64,000 nucleotides of DNA from Octopus sinensis (taxonomy: Eukaryota). This document shows positions 26,311 to 39,599 of the stretch, in pieces. The notes beneath the pieces are model-generated. The model did no database searches. It was not told the origin of the DNA and saw only the letters and a program-made list of their open reading frames with translations. Each line of letters starts with the position of its first letter. Position 1 is the first letter of the stretch. The stretch is taken from contig NC_043012.1 of NCBI RefSeq assembly GCF_006345805.1, forward strand, positions 19,654,001 to 19,718,000. The letters are read 5' to 3'. The position numbers and the translations under genes are program-made.

Positions 26311-27734
26311 GGCCATCGAAAAATAAGCTATGAAAATGACAGTTTAACAAAGGGAAATTGCTGTGTAATTGACCGTTATTAAGACATTCTAATAACTCTT
26401 TTGTCTTCACTCCTCGCCTTATTCTCTTTTTCTCTCTCCTTTTTCTACTTTCTCTCTTTCACTTCAACTAATCACGTGAAAGCGTTAAAGTTACATTCCC
26501 TCTACCTCATGGCATAGACCCTTTTCTCTATCCCTCCTTTTCTCCCTCCTTCTTTTCTCTCTCTTTTTCTTTCTTCTTTTTCTCTAATCACGTGAAATCG
26601 TTACCGACGGGCTAGGTAACGTAACGACAAGCTTTACTATTGTAAGATAAATTCTTTTTCGCATATTGTCACTTCTTTGTAATCTATACAATTTCTGCAC
26701 ATGAGGTTTCAGGCAGTTAGTGGATTAATTGAAAATTGCTTTTTTCAAAAATTCAATAAAAAAAAAAGGTACCGTGTCTGAACAGTTATGTGTAACTTAT
26801 GAAAATATACTATTTGTGTGAATATATTTACTGGTTCTGATAATATTTGGCAAACCAATGTTCACATGCAAATCAAGGGATATATCATGTAGCAAAATGT
26901 TGGCAGCATTTTACCGAGGTCACTTTCACGAATAATGAATTATTCAGTTATAATGTGAGAAATGCCAAGTATAATGTTTTCCTTCACAGAACATACTGCA
27001 ACTTCTAAAGTCTAGCACAAAAATTACCTGCAGTTCATTACCTCGATTCTTTTATTCAAGGTATGTTAAACCTCATTATATAATACGCTTTCCAAAATTC
27101 GTTCGAGAAGAACGCTCTGAGCTCTATTAGCTCAACGATTTCAATGTGCATATTAATATCATGAAAGCAATGAACTGTATACTAAAAGTGAAATGTTTTT
27201 ATATAATAAATATTTTGTTGAAAGAATGTAAAATATTCGCAAACATGTAATTTAAAGGGTCACTGAAATTGTCATGATGTTAAACACAATATTTTATAAT
27301 CATTTACAGTGGCAGTGCTGACGATGAAAATGTCACTTACAAATATTTCTCTTTTGAGTGTATAATGAAATAAGATGTAAAAGACATGAAGGAAATTGAA
27401 TTTTCAGAATCATGAATATTAATTCAAAAGAGTGCTACACATTTAGCAGAGAACTACCTGCGGTGCACTAATCAAATATATCTATAATTAATAAACACAA
27501 TCGTATTGCAGAGACGAAATTTGTAATAGAAATAACAGATTCAACAGTGGCTGTGAAATGTACACAGAGACATTGATTGATTATCCTCAATTTTACATAA
27601 AAGTTATTCCGATCTACTTAACTGTATTGACTGAAGTTCTTTCACTTGCTTCTAATTCACAATCGTGTGAAAGTTTAGTTTCTTTGCATGGAAACTAGAA
27701 TAATATTCTTGGGAGCAATTTTGAATCGTTCTGG

Positions 27735-28110
27735 TGCTGGGGCCGAGCTCACCATTTATTAGGTCTTTTGAATTCCCTCTTTCCAATACGTGGTGTATAT
27801 GGATAATCAAAAGGGGCAAATATAGGCTGCGGTACGATCAAGTGGGTGGAGTTTGCACTCGAACCAAAACCATGATGTGTGTGACTCGAACGTTCTATTT
27901 GAGTTTTCAGAATTCATCTCACGATTGTCAGGGGATGGTATTGAATTTCCCTTCCCCTCTGAAGCAGACGTCCTATGTGTCACTGACGTGGATTAATATG
28001 CTGCGAACACATGCTCGTTTTACTTCAAAAATAGTGTTCTCTTTTAGGTCACTGTTTTCCTTGTTATTGAGTATTGAGGTATTTTTTTATTACGTCTCTT
28101 CATGTCAGTT
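27735..28110 (-). mobile_element. RTE-clade LINE fragment (region C-terminal to RT), decayed
   Basis: Minus strand RACVRSILIHVSDT*..GKFNT..KLK*NVRVTHIMVLVR..HHVLERGNSKDLINGELG matches the RTE pattern YxACVxSxLLYGSETW..LNxF..WQDxVTN..GHVxRM..PKDxLYGEL. Confidence 0.8.
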
Positions 28111-28129
28111 TCTAGGGACAGCTTGTCGG

Positions 28130-29445
28130 TTTTGGTAAATCCATATTTATCTATCTTCTTAGATGCACCAAACGATGTCATTTGCAGAATTGTATTGTCT
28201 GATATTGTTCAGAAAACCCTTTAACTGGATAGAAATGCATTCTAGAAGATCCATAAGGGGTTGAGAGGGAGCTGGTAGTGTTGGCAATGTTACATGACCA
28301 AGTGAGAAGCACATACCATTTGCTTCATTTGAAAATTTGAAAGCTCTACAGAAAAATTGTGTTTAGCACACCAATTTGGACAGAGTTATTATTTTTACAA
28401 GAATGGGAAGGAACATATCTGAAAACATTTTCAGGAGTTGTGAAGAACGAATTTGTACGTAGTCTGTTTCTGAGAGTTATTCTATTGGACCTCTCTCTTC
28501 TACAATCCTCCTTGCTTTATACTTGTTTCTGCTAATAAAAAAATATGAACATGGAAAAAAATTATACATTAATTCCCTATTTTTGTAAGCAGTTGAATAC
28601 GTACAAAATACATTTCAAGAGAGCTGAAACTGAAAGAAGATAAAACGAAAAGAACAGAGAAAGAAAGTGAAAGATGTATGTACGTCTATATGAAATGGAT
28701 GTGTATGTGTGTGTGCGCGCTTGCACGTGTGTATGTGAGAGAGAAAGAGGGTGAGAGAAACATAGAGTGATGAGTGTCTTGATGATTAACGTCTTCTCAG
28801 GTACAGACACAAATAGGTAATGTGACGTCATCGTATATAAACTTTACGATAGTTGATTTATGGGAAAGGTTAAGTTAAATTTTTGAAATGCAAATATGTG
28901 AATGAAAATTAAGTATAAATTGTAGCGAAAATAGTACTGAATCATTTGATACTCCATACGTCAAAATCTGTGACTCGGTTTTGGAAAACATAAGGAATAT
29001 ATAATAGCAATGAGGCAGACCTCTACATAGTAGATACACCTGTTAGAAATAGCAGCCAAATCTCTCTCAAAACACCCCATTGTCTTAATCCGGTAACTAT
29101 GCATATTACGTAGTTTGAAAGAGAAACTGAAACTACAGATTAAGATTATTAACCCCACAGAGAGAGGAAAAAAGAGAGACAGCATAGCGACGATTTTGGC
29201 TGACTGTCATCCTGCACTCCCCTTGTTGCTAGCGAAATGGCGTGTGCCGGCTCTCTCAGCAACGGGTTGTTTTAATGGTGGAACTTACAGATTAAAAAAT
29301 GGCGACTCTCACTTTGAAACTAACAATTCTAAAAGCCACTTTAGATTAAACATGCATCCATGTTTAAAATTTCAGCGCGATCATATGAACAATACTCGAG
29401 TTATAAGCGCACAAATTAGCAAACAGAACAGATTATACATATATT
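28130..29445 (-). mobile_element. Helitron 5' portion: Rep N-terminal coding remnant (about 28164-28480) plus probable 5' non-coding region
   Basis: Minus strand VQIGVLNTI / CRAFKFSNEANGMCFSLGHVTLPTLPAPSQPLMDLLE..FLNNIRQYNSA / MTSFGA matches the Helitron motif IGxM..CxALKF..GxCC..GKVxLP..FLxNIRxYNS..MTSFGA. The upstream extent is less certain. Confidence 0.8.
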
Positions 29446-29446
29446 A

Positions 29447-29535
<89 letters not shown>

Positions 29536-29780
29536 CATATATATATATATACATATACATACACATACACACACATAAATGTATATATATATATATATAT
29601 AATAATAAATATTAGGGAATAAATCCAAATTTACAGGGAAAAAATCAGATTTAGGATTAAATCCAAGTTTATAGTAAAATATTATATAATATTAATTAGA
29701 GACAAAACCACTATTTTGCAAAACAAACAAGGAAAGACTTAATCAATACATACAATTTTAATAAAAAGTAAAAAAAACCG

Positions 29781-29821
29781 CCACTACAATTGTTTCATGT
29801 CTAATGACAATCTTCAGGTGG
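29781..29821 (-). ncRNA. Identical hammerhead motif on the opposite strand (mirror arm)
   Basis: Exact reverse complement of 29875-29915. Confidence 0.85.
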
Positions 29822-29874
29822 ATTTCCGATTTTCAAATCAGTTTCAATTTGAAAATGATTTGAAAATCGGAAAT

Positions 29875-29915
29875 CCACCTGAAGATTGTCATTAGACATG
29901 AAACAATTGTAGTGG
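29875..29915 (+). ncRNA. Compact (41-nt) type I hammerhead ribozyme motif
   Basis: CCAC-CTGAAGA-T-TGTC atta GACA-T-GAAAC-aatt-GTA-GTGG. Stem I is a perfect 4 bp, stem III is the palindrome ACAATTGT, there is a U.U pair at the base of stem II, and the triplet is GUA. Confidence 0.85.
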
Positions 29916-30073
29916 CGGTTTTTTTACTTTTTATTAAAATTTTATGTATTGATTAAGTCTTTCCTTGTTTATTTTGTAAAATAGTGGTTTTGTCTCTAAT
30001 TAATATTATATATATATATATATATAGATATATATATATATATATATAATATATATATAGATATATATATATA

Positions 30074-30105
<32 letters not shown>

Positions 30106-30535
30106 ATTACACATAGTAAGTAGACAAATAAATAGTCTGGCATGAAATTAATGACCAATTACAACTGTGTTTGTACCACTCTGTTGTAACGTCATACTAC
30201 GCAAAGTTTTCATGTCGTATGTTACGTAATACAGGCAGTTTTATGCATTTGATGTATCCCTTTTAATGAAATATATCCATGTGTATAGCGTGTATATCTA
30301 TCATCTACATATGTCTATCATTATATACGCGTATATATATAAATACGCACACACACGCACACATACATACACTCACACACACATGCGTTTCTGAATCCTT
30401 TTCAGGTTTTATTTGATTTCAATCATTAATTCCAATATGATATTTAAAAAATACCATTGAACATTTTGAAACGATTTGCGAAGAATATTCACGTTGTATC
30501 TCATCTAATCTAATATATATATATATATATATATA

Positions 30536-30573
<38 letters not shown>

Positions 30574-31398
30574 ATGTATCTGTGTATATATACACAAACG
30601 CACACCAAACACATAAACACATTCACACACATACACTTATGCGTTGATATACATGTTTCTAGTGAATATGCTTAAATGTTTTATTAAACTTTCAAATACA
30701 TAAGGCGATATTATATCCAAATATCCAGCATTCCTTTGAAATCTATTTTCTATAGCATACTGCATTGTTTCATAGAAAGCATATAACGCGATAAGTATTT
30801 GAATGGCTTCGGTAATAAATGAATGCGATTCAACCGTACATATTATTGCTAAGCTTATAATATATGATATTATTTCATTGATTTGAAAAGAAAATTTCAA
30901 GTGTGGGAGTTTAGATCCCGATACGAATATTTATATAGCAATGAGATTCATTAAACAAGCTGATGGAAAGCCATTTTATGAGTGGTTGATTATACTGCGT
31001 TATAATGGGTGCCGTTTATTTTACACAGATTCCTTTGTACGACTGCCTTTACGGGAAACTATGAGAATCAAGTCACCAGAAAATTGGTAGTAAAATGTAC
31101 TAAGAAGTAGCATTTTATACTTTACACATTGTTAGTGCTTTTAGTCAGTGATTTTTTAATAGAGTTTCTTCATCTATACAAAGTTATTCAAAACAACGAT
31201 CTTATAATTTTGATGGGAAATGTTCACGTGAATCCTATGTTGATATGACGAATATAAAATTGTTCCTAATGTGTGTGAGTGTGTAAATGTATGCATGTAT
31301 GTACACAAACCCATATACAAATCATTGTTTCACGCACACTCATATATATGTATGTGTGTGCGCGAGTATAAATATATGCATGTATAAGTATGCATGCG

Positions 31399-31452
<54 letters not shown>

Positions 31453-31914
31453 GTGTGTGTGTGTGTATACACGCATGAGTCATGAGTGTGTATGTTTGCG
31501 TATGAGCGCATTCAAAAGGTTTTTCAGTAGAGTGGAATGTAATGATAGGTCCACATATAACATCCCAAGGTACAACTTTCTCTGATGGTATTATACACAT
31601 ATGAAATAAATCTAAACTTAATGCACAAATTTGTAATTAAATTATTGAGTATTAAGTGAAACGGCTCTTAGAAGCGAAAATGACCACTTTGCTAATAAAA
31701 GACAATTGTTAACTTCCTTTTCTCCATTTTCTTTTATTATTTTAAAAGTGATATAAACTATATGCTTAATATGTACTTATTGCTTTAAGGGAATAACATT
31801 CCCCAAATATATTAGTTATTCAACCAGCATTTTCTTTGATGCAACCATCCATTCAAGAGGTTATCACAGCCTCTAATTAAATTGATATATGTACGCGCAC
31901 ACAAGCACACACAC

Positions 31915-31963
<49 letters not shown>

Positions 31964-31964
31964 A

Positions 31965-32035
31965 ATAAATGAAAGAATGGAGTTGAACGACGATTAAACA
32001 AAATTCCTTTATTCTCGACATATGTTTCGAAGACT
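31965..32035 (-). mobile_element. Partial copy of the 5.1-kb HHR family
   Basis: Minus strand CGAAAC-atat-GTC-gagaataaagg; abuts (TA)n; core 5' half absent. Confidence 0.6.
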
Positions 32036-32339
32036 GCATATTATTATTTGGAAATAATAAACACGTCGTTCGTTAAGTTATAATTATTAGTAATAATTAT
32101 TATCTTGAAAATATGCAGTTTTCAAAAACATTTCAAACCTGGACACACACACGACACACACGTATGCACAGACATGCACACACGCAGAGACGCACGCGCA
32201 CACACATACAATAAACCCTCGCCGTATCGCGGTTTATTGTTTAGGCTTACTACGATTCATCCGTGGTATTGTTTTTGTGTTTATAATAAAATAAATATAT
32301 ACAAATTATAAAAAGTAATTTTTACAAAATATATATATA

Positions 32340-32501
32340 GGCGCAGGAGTGGCTGTGTGGTAAGTGGCTTGCTTACCAACCACATGGTTCTGGTTCAGTC
32401 CCACCGGGTTTCACCTCGGGCAAGTGTCTTCTATAATCTCGGGCCGACCAAAGGCTTGTGAGTGGATTTGGTAGACGGAAACTGAAAGAAGCCCGTCGTT
32501 A

Positions 32502-32561
<60 letters not shown>

Positions 32562-32785
32562 ATGTATATATATGTATATATATGTATGTGTGTGCATATA
32601 TTTTTGAGAGTCTGTGTTTGTACCCGATGCTGGTGTGTTTAAGTCCCCGTAACTTAGCGGTTCGGCAAAAGAGACCGAGAAAATAAGTACTAGGCTTACA
32701 AAGAATATGTCCTAGGGTTGATTTGCATAACTAAAGGCGGTGCTTCAGCACGGCCGCAGTCAAATGACTGAAACAAATAAACGAG
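32340..32785 (+). mobile_element. Full-length SINE family A (tRNA-derived head, CORE-like ccttgggcaagtgtctt region, internal (TA)n)
   Basis: GGCGCAGGAGTGGCTGTGTGGTAAG (A box), GGTTCAGTCCC (B box), and a 3' part ending cagtcaaatgactgaaacaaataaa. Confidence 0.92.
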
Positions 32786-33040
32786 TATTGTACCATTTCT
32801 ATTTTGCGGATTTTTACCTGTCGTGTATGGTTTTGGGACGTAACAGCCGCGATACTCTGGAGATTACTATATATACTAGTGGCAGCCTTATGAAGATGAG
32901 TTTAATACGGACATCCTACCACTATCACCGTCATTGCCACATATTTATAGCAGCAATAGTAGCAATAGTAAGCGCTACAGGAGTACTAAGCTACCAACAC
33001 CACCAAAAAGAGCAACAGCAATTCCAACAAAATCATCGAT

Positions 33041-33455
33041 TTTATTCTTTTACACTTTTACTTGTTTCAGTCAGTTGACTGCGGCCATGCTGGAGCACCG
33101 CCTTTTGTCGAGCAACTCTACCCCGGGACTTATTCTTTTTAAGCCCAGTACTTATTCTATCGGTTTCTTTTGCCGAACCGCTAAGTGACGGGTACATAAA
33201 CACACACCAGCATCGGTTGTCAAGCAATGCTAGGGGAACAAACACAGACACACACACATACACGCACACATATACATATATATACATATATACGACGGAC
33301 TTTTTTCAGTTTCCGTCTACGAAATCCACTCACAAGGCTTTGGTCAGCCCGAGGCTATAGTAGAAGACACTTGCCCAAGGTACCACGCAGTGGGACTGAA
33401 CCCGGAACCATGTGGTTGGTAAGCAAGCTACTTACCACGCACCTACTCCTGCGCC
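33041..33455 (-). mobile_element. Full-length SINE family A, inverted relative to 32340
   Basis: Reverse complement is colinear with 32340-32785. Confidence 0.92.
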
Positions 33456-33670
33456 TATTGCTTAACTTATTTATTATCATACTGCCATTAGTAACTATTC
33501 CAACTTAAACCAGCTACTGCAAAACCAACAGATTTAGCGGGCAGAGATTCATAGTAACTTTGTATCAAGCAACATAACTTATATCCAGTTTGCTCACCGG
33601 ACACCAAGAAGACGAATTATTGAATACTGCAGGAATACACGTTTCTAAACAAAAATTTATATTTCTTTAG

Positions 33671-34012
33671 CATTCCGTCGGTTACGACGACTAGGTCTCC
33701 AATTGGTCTGATCAACGGAACAGCCTGCTCATGAAATTAACGTGCAAGTGCCTGAGGACTCCACTGACACGTGCATCCTTAACGTAGTTCTCGGGGAGAT
33801 TCAGCGTTACAAAGCCAGCCCTTTGAAATACAGGTACACCAGAAGCAGGAAGAATGAGTGAGAGATAGTTGTAGTGAATGAGTACAGCAGGGCTCACCAT
33901 CCCCTGCCGGAGCCACGTGGAACTTTAGGTGTTTTCGCTCAATAAACACTCACAACGAAACCGCGGTCGTACGACCGCGAGTCCGCTGCCCTAACCGCTG
34001 AGGCGTTGCACC
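33671..34012 (-). mobile_element. SINE with tRNA-Arg-like head (family C), tail type 1
   Basis: Head ggttagggcagcggactcgcggtcgtacg, shared with the 38.6 and 53.9 kb copies; distinct tail gttccgttgatcagaccaattgg. Confidence 0.88.
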
Positions 34013-34098
34013 TTACACACACACACACACGGACATAAACACACACACACATATATGTCCTGTGAATCAAAAATAACTTTTAGACAGTTAGACAGAGT

Positions 34099-34256
<158 letters not shown>

Positions 34257-34749
34257 GGAGAGAGAGATAGCATCTTAACAAAATATTTCCATTCAAATAC
34301 TGTAACTGAATATTTAATTGATCCAAATACTAAACTAATATCATTGGATATTTTTATGTAATATTAATTTACTGTAATGTGACTGGACTGATGATTCAGA
34401 CGACGGTTTTAAATTCAATATGAATTTTGTAAAAGTGCACTAATAAGATATGAAAAACTATATGCCAATTATATTCCTATTTCAATGATTTAAGACCAAC
34501 AGTAGCTGCATTAAAATGAATGATTTTGGTTCAAAATGATGTGGAAGTATAATTTTGACAATAAAATAAAATGTTGGTAAGAGGGAAAGCTTTTATAATT
34601 GAATATGAATTCTATATATAAAACTAAAATGTCTCCATCTGAGTTACAAATGTACGACATATATATGTGAGTATATGTGCGCCTGAACAGATATGCAGAT
34701 GCGTGAGAGCGTACATGTGACTGAGCATATATATATAATATATATATAT

Positions 34750-34789
<40 letters not shown>

Positions 34790-35534
34790 TTGTGTGTGTG
34801 TGTATGTGTGTTCTGATTCCTTTTGAATTTGGTCGCCACCCACTTTGTAGCCATGTTGTTATGGAAATCATACTCGTACGTTCCATCACCTGGTAAATTT
34901 CAAGAATGACTTAGAGATTTCATAGAACCAGATATTGTGTTCACATTTAGCGTATAAATTAATCATTAATCAAGGATAACATATAAATATGTTAGCTTTG
35001 TCTCCCTGCTGAAGAGAGATTCGCCGATTGTAAATTACTTTATTTACAAAAGATTACTTCAAATTGTGCATAGTCCAGGGGAAATAAGGTAAATGTTTTT
35101 TTTTTCATTCCCTTTCAGAATTACAACTATTAGTGGTTTGTAGTTTAACAACTCTTTCTATCGAGTCAGATGTCCTCTTATGGCCATCTCTTATCTTTAA
35201 ATGTACACTGAATAATATTGACTAGCTTTTTCTCCTCGCTAGACCACTGGTAGTAAAGAATTTTTCTAAATTTTTTGGCTACCCTGGATTATCTTGTGTG
35301 TTAGTGTGTAATCATGTGTATAACAAACTGGCCCTGTGTACGGTAATATATATATATACATATATATATGTGTGTGTGTGTGTGTGCGTGTATGTATATA
35401 AAACACATTGAAAATAATGGTCATATATTTCTCATTTACTGACGCAAATTTGTCTTACAGCTGTTTCCATTCGTCGTTATAAGTACATTATTGATAAGTT
35501 TACTCAATTTGTCTATTGATCAATTGAGTAAATC

Positions 35535-35764
35535 TCTTTTACTCTTTTACTCTTTCACTTGTTTCAGTCATTTGAGTGCGACCATGCTGGAGCACTGCCT
35601 TTAATCGAGCAACTCGACCCTGGGACTTATTCTTTTGTAAGCCCAGTACTTATTTTATCGGTCTCTTTTGCTGAACCGCTAAGTAACGAGGTCATAAACA
35701 CACCAGCATCGGTTGTCAAGCAATGCTAGGGAAACAAACACATACACACAAACGCACACACGCC

Positions 35765-35810
<46 letters not shown>

Positions 35811-35976
35811 TACGACGGGCTTCTTTCAGTTTCCGTCTACCAAATCCACTAACAAGGCTTTGGTTGGCCCGAGGCTATAGTAGAAGACACTTGCGCAAGG
35901 TGCCACGCACTGGGACTGAATCTGGAACCATGTTGTTGGTAAACAAGCTACTTACCACACAGCCACTAGCTGCGCC
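35535..35976 (-). mobile_element. Full-length SINE family A
   Basis: Colinear with 33041-33455. Its tail lies next to a decayed HHR half-motif (GAAAC-agct-GTA-agac on minus, about 35453-35470). Confidence 0.92.
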
Positions 35977-36267
35977 TATAAATCTGCCAGTAATGTATCT
36001 ATAATGACTATTTGAAACAGCTGTAATCCAAATTTAATCCATGAAAGTATAAATGTATATCACACTGTGTAGAAACCAGAGTGTCTATTTATAATTGTGA
36101 TAACCCGTAACCTTGGACACCGCCATAAGTATACCTTGAGTTCTTCAATAATCTATATAATATTGTTAGCGTGGTGTGCCAGCAGAAAGCGTATGGTATA
36201 TTATCCCAATGTGATAATTCCTCACTATTAGCTATATATAAATCTCTCTCCCTGTGTCTTCAATGAG

Positions 36268-36333
<66 letters not shown>

Positions 36334-37789
36334 TGTGTGTGTGTGTGGATGCATACAAGTATATGCACGTTTGTGTTTTGTATATAAATATAACGTGTAT
36401 TATATTATTACGTATTTAACCAATGATTTATTATTCATTCGTATATTGCCTACTCGCAATTGATATGTCGTGTTTATTTCATTCCTGTGTTTGGTGTTAT
36501 ATTGGGATCTCAAATTATTGTTTACAAAGTTATGCTTCGTAATATTTATTATCCGTTTTTGTGCAGGCGCATATAAATAATAAAAAAAATATTGCACACG
36601 TATTCAGTGTGAATTTAGAAACTCTAATTTACCCATTTGCTATACGAAAATAAATGATAATGGTAAACCCAAATAATTGTAAGTGCTATGGGTATACCTA
36701 GCTAAAGCTTATTAAATGTATACGTTTACTTTTTTTTCTTTTCTTTCATCCAAAATGTATGGAAATATACCTGATCACAAGAAAGTGTGATGGAGGCAGA
36801 TTAGGATTCAGACTAGAAGACTATAAAACATACAGATCAATACTCATACGTTTGCAGCTCTTTGTCTCATTACTTCATTACCTTTGTAGCAAATATCGCT
36901 CTAACATATTTATAATTTATTATTTCATATCAAAGTGAAACTGCTACTTATCATGTCAGAAATATCTTACACAATGTGAACTAATCAGCATTGGCTTATA
37001 TTTGAAAGCATTGCATTACCTAATCGCTGATACTTCTGTTGCTAGGAAACCTAGATAAATTCGAAAGCAGATTCCAGAAATAGACGGGGGAAAATGTAAA
37101 ATGAAACAAAAACATTCAACGTTTCTTTCAGTCGAGTATTATTTCAGAGGAGAAAAGCAAAATTTTTTAATGTAATTGAGTTATGTATATGTTCGTGAAC
37201 ACAGTTGCAATTTTTATGTTGTTTATGCTTTCTAACACTTTATATGTTTCCGAACACTTTTAAAAGTTTCTTGGATAAATAAGCGATTTAGAGTTCAGCT
37301 TATTTCAATATGGTTTTGGAGACGAAAATGATTTACTACATCATAGAATACGCAGACACTTAAAGAAATAAATAGAAATGGAACTACTCGTAAAAGTAAC
37401 ATAGTAAGTCAAGTGAAGTCCAATCACGTTATTCTTTACAATGATTCTAGCAGTCGTGACCATCACTTCACAACCACGATAGTATGAGTTCGAGCCAACA
37501 ACACTGTTCTTTGTGTAACTCCTCTTTCTCTGTAGAATAGGTTAATCAGTGGTAATTGGTAATTTTCGAAATATGTAAATGAGAATTCTGAAATATCTTC
37601 ATTGCTACAAACAAAAATACATACACGCATCCACACAAAGATATGTACATACGTATGGAAACAAACACAGGCTTATGCACGTAACGTATGCGTTATGTGC
37701 GTGTCTGTTTGTCTGTGTGTGCACACGCGTGGGTATGTATGTTTGTGTAAGTAAGCGTGTGCGTGCTTGTGGTAAGATGTGTGGCCTAG

Positions 37790-37985
37790 TAGACAGTGAA
37801 TTGCACTCACGACTACAGCGTGGTGGTTTCGATTCCTCGACCAGCTTCATCAACAAAACAATTCATTTTGCTTTGTTACAGTTCACTCAGTACCAGTTCC
37901 ATCGACTCAGTACCAGTTCCATCGACTTCCCAGTGAAGCTTGCGGACAGGCATCATTCGAACAGTGTGAACGGTGTTGTATGTTT
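37790..37985 (+). mobile_element. Decayed tRNA-derived SINE (family D); related fragments at 44845-44935 (+) and 54720-54835 (-)
   Basis: gtggcctagtagacag...ggtttcgattcctcgacc (A and B boxes); ccagt(t/c)cactcag motif shared with the other two fragments. Confidence 0.65.
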
Positions 37986-38006
37986 TGGTCGATAAAGCGA
38001 TATATA

Positions 38007-38285
38007 TATTGGGTTGGCAACTAAATTCCGGCGTTTTTTTTTAAATGTGGAATTCATTGCGTTTTAAAATTTTGGAATCTATTTTTTTTAGAGAATTATA
38101 TTTTTGAATCATTTTAGAATCTTTTTTTTTTCGACTTAATTTTAGTTAATTTTTTTTTATTTTCAGATAATTAAAATGGAATGTCAAATTAAGAAAAAAC
38201 GAGCTTCGACACCACCAACCACTTTTTCCTTTTGTTCAAGGTTCTACGGACGCAAAACCTGCTCGCAACATTTTTACTGTGTATA
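38007..38285 (+). mobile_element. Mariner transposon 5' fragment (TIR plus start of transposase)
   Basis: TIR-like tattgggttggcaactaa in a TA run. ATG at 38176 (MECQIKK...) followed by frameshifted QGSTDAKPARNIFTVY, resembling mariner N-terminal QGxKAAxAARxICxVYG. Confidence 0.8.
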
Positions 38286-38303
38286 TACATATATCACGTG
38301 ACC

Positions 38304-38327
<24 letters not shown>

Positions 38328-38335
<8 letters not shown>

Positions 38336-38623
38336 ACCACGTGACCGACTATCAGATGTTGTTACACATCGCTGGTCACAATGTACTTTGCATTGTTTTA
38401 GCCTTCGAATGACGCCACCCCGCTGGCTAAGCGAACAGGCCAACAAAAGAAAGAGTGAAAGAAAGAGTCGTGAAAGAGTACAGCAGGGATCACCCCCTGC
38501 CGGAGCCTCGTGGAGATTTAAGGTGTTTTCGCTTAATAAACACTCACAACGCTCGGTCTGGGAATCGAAACCGCAATCCTACGACCGCGTGTCCGCTGCC
38601 CTAACCAGTGGGCCATTGCGCCT

Positions 38624-38625
<2 letters not shown>
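38328..38625 (-). mobile_element. SINE family C (tRNA-Arg-like head), tail type 2
   Basis: Head GGAGGCGCAATGGCCCACTGGTTAGGGCAGCGGAC...GGTTTCGATTCCCAGACC; tail ends in cacgtggtcacgtgat. Confidence 0.9.
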
Positions 38626-38676
<51 letters not shown>

Positions 38677-39599
38677 CATATATATCTATATATCCTTTAC
38701 TCCACACACACACACATATATACACATACATATATATATATATATATATAGATATATATAGAGAGAGAAAGAGAAAGAAAGAGAGACAGACAGACAGACA
38801 GAGACAGAGAGAGAGAGAGATGCAAGAGATGTACATCTGAAAGGAAATGTCAAAGGGTTCGAAAGCGTTACATTATAGTTAGGTTCAGTGTTCGTTCGTT
38901 AAGTCAGATGTGAGGTCGAAGAAGAAAAGAAGTTAGTTGAATTTGTGATCTCATGGTCATTTCATAGTATGGCTTCCACGTGTCTGTGGCTTCTGGTGGA
39001 TGACCGGCGGTGCAATGTAAGGGAGTTAAGTCTAAAGGGATAACCTGTGTGTCAGTAAGGATGCAGGCGGTTCGTATATATAAGATAAGGCGTATATAAA
39101 TGTAAAGTATAAATCGAGCGCAGTAGACACAGTTATTATCTTTCCTCCATTTTCTTATCGTATATATATATATATATTTGTATGGATTAGGTATGTACAC
39201 ATGTATGCATGTGCAGACATACACAAACACACACACACCAGCACACGCGCACTTATATTAGTGAGTATATCATTAAGTCAAAAGGTATGAGAAATAAATA
39301 CGGTTTCATTATTTCCATGAATTTCATATCATTACAGCCGTATTCTTATCTTTATGTATCATTAATAATTGAAACATTACAAATTATATATATATATATT
39401 TATATAGAATATCAAGATGCATTGTTAGACTATCACAATAAATAATGTAGCTACACAGAATTATATTATAGAGAAAACTAACTGATCTGATCAAATATAC
39501 CGGAACGTCGTAGTTGTTGAAATTAATAAATCTACTTGGATAAGCTTACGAGGCTGCTGTAATTATATACGAAAACATATAGTCGCGGGTGCGTGGATT

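Larger units (their letters stand above)
24133..26395 (-). mobile_element. Second copy of the same Penelope-like family in partial-tandem form: upstream pLTR (about 26200-26395), truncated RT/GIY-YIG ORF (about 25050-26190) and 3' UTR/pLTR
   Basis: MMDRFRKGIMHLMKTFGLSITTGGNLTVVNFLDVSVDLNKNIYKHYRKPNDRLSYINVGSCHPP. Colinear with 15970-17770 at roughly 80% identity by eye. The pLTR sequence is present twice. Confidence 0.92.
29683..30012. repeat. Near-perfect 330-bp palindrome (centre about 29848, 3-nt loop) of a Penelope-like terminal sequence; the left arm continues single-copy to about 29590
   Basis: Arms of about 165 bp differ by 4 substitutions and one homopolymer indel; (TA)n on both sides. 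Confidence 0.97.

Noticed and set aside
27734-28138. 134-aa plus-strand ORF
   Set aside because: It is the antisense frame of the RTE fragment.
31862-31885. TATCACAGCC, identical to the first 10 nt of miR-2 family miRNAs
   Set aside because: The match stops at 10 nt and no complementary arm for a hairpin is present; likewise TGAAAGACAT (miR-71 start) at about 10581.
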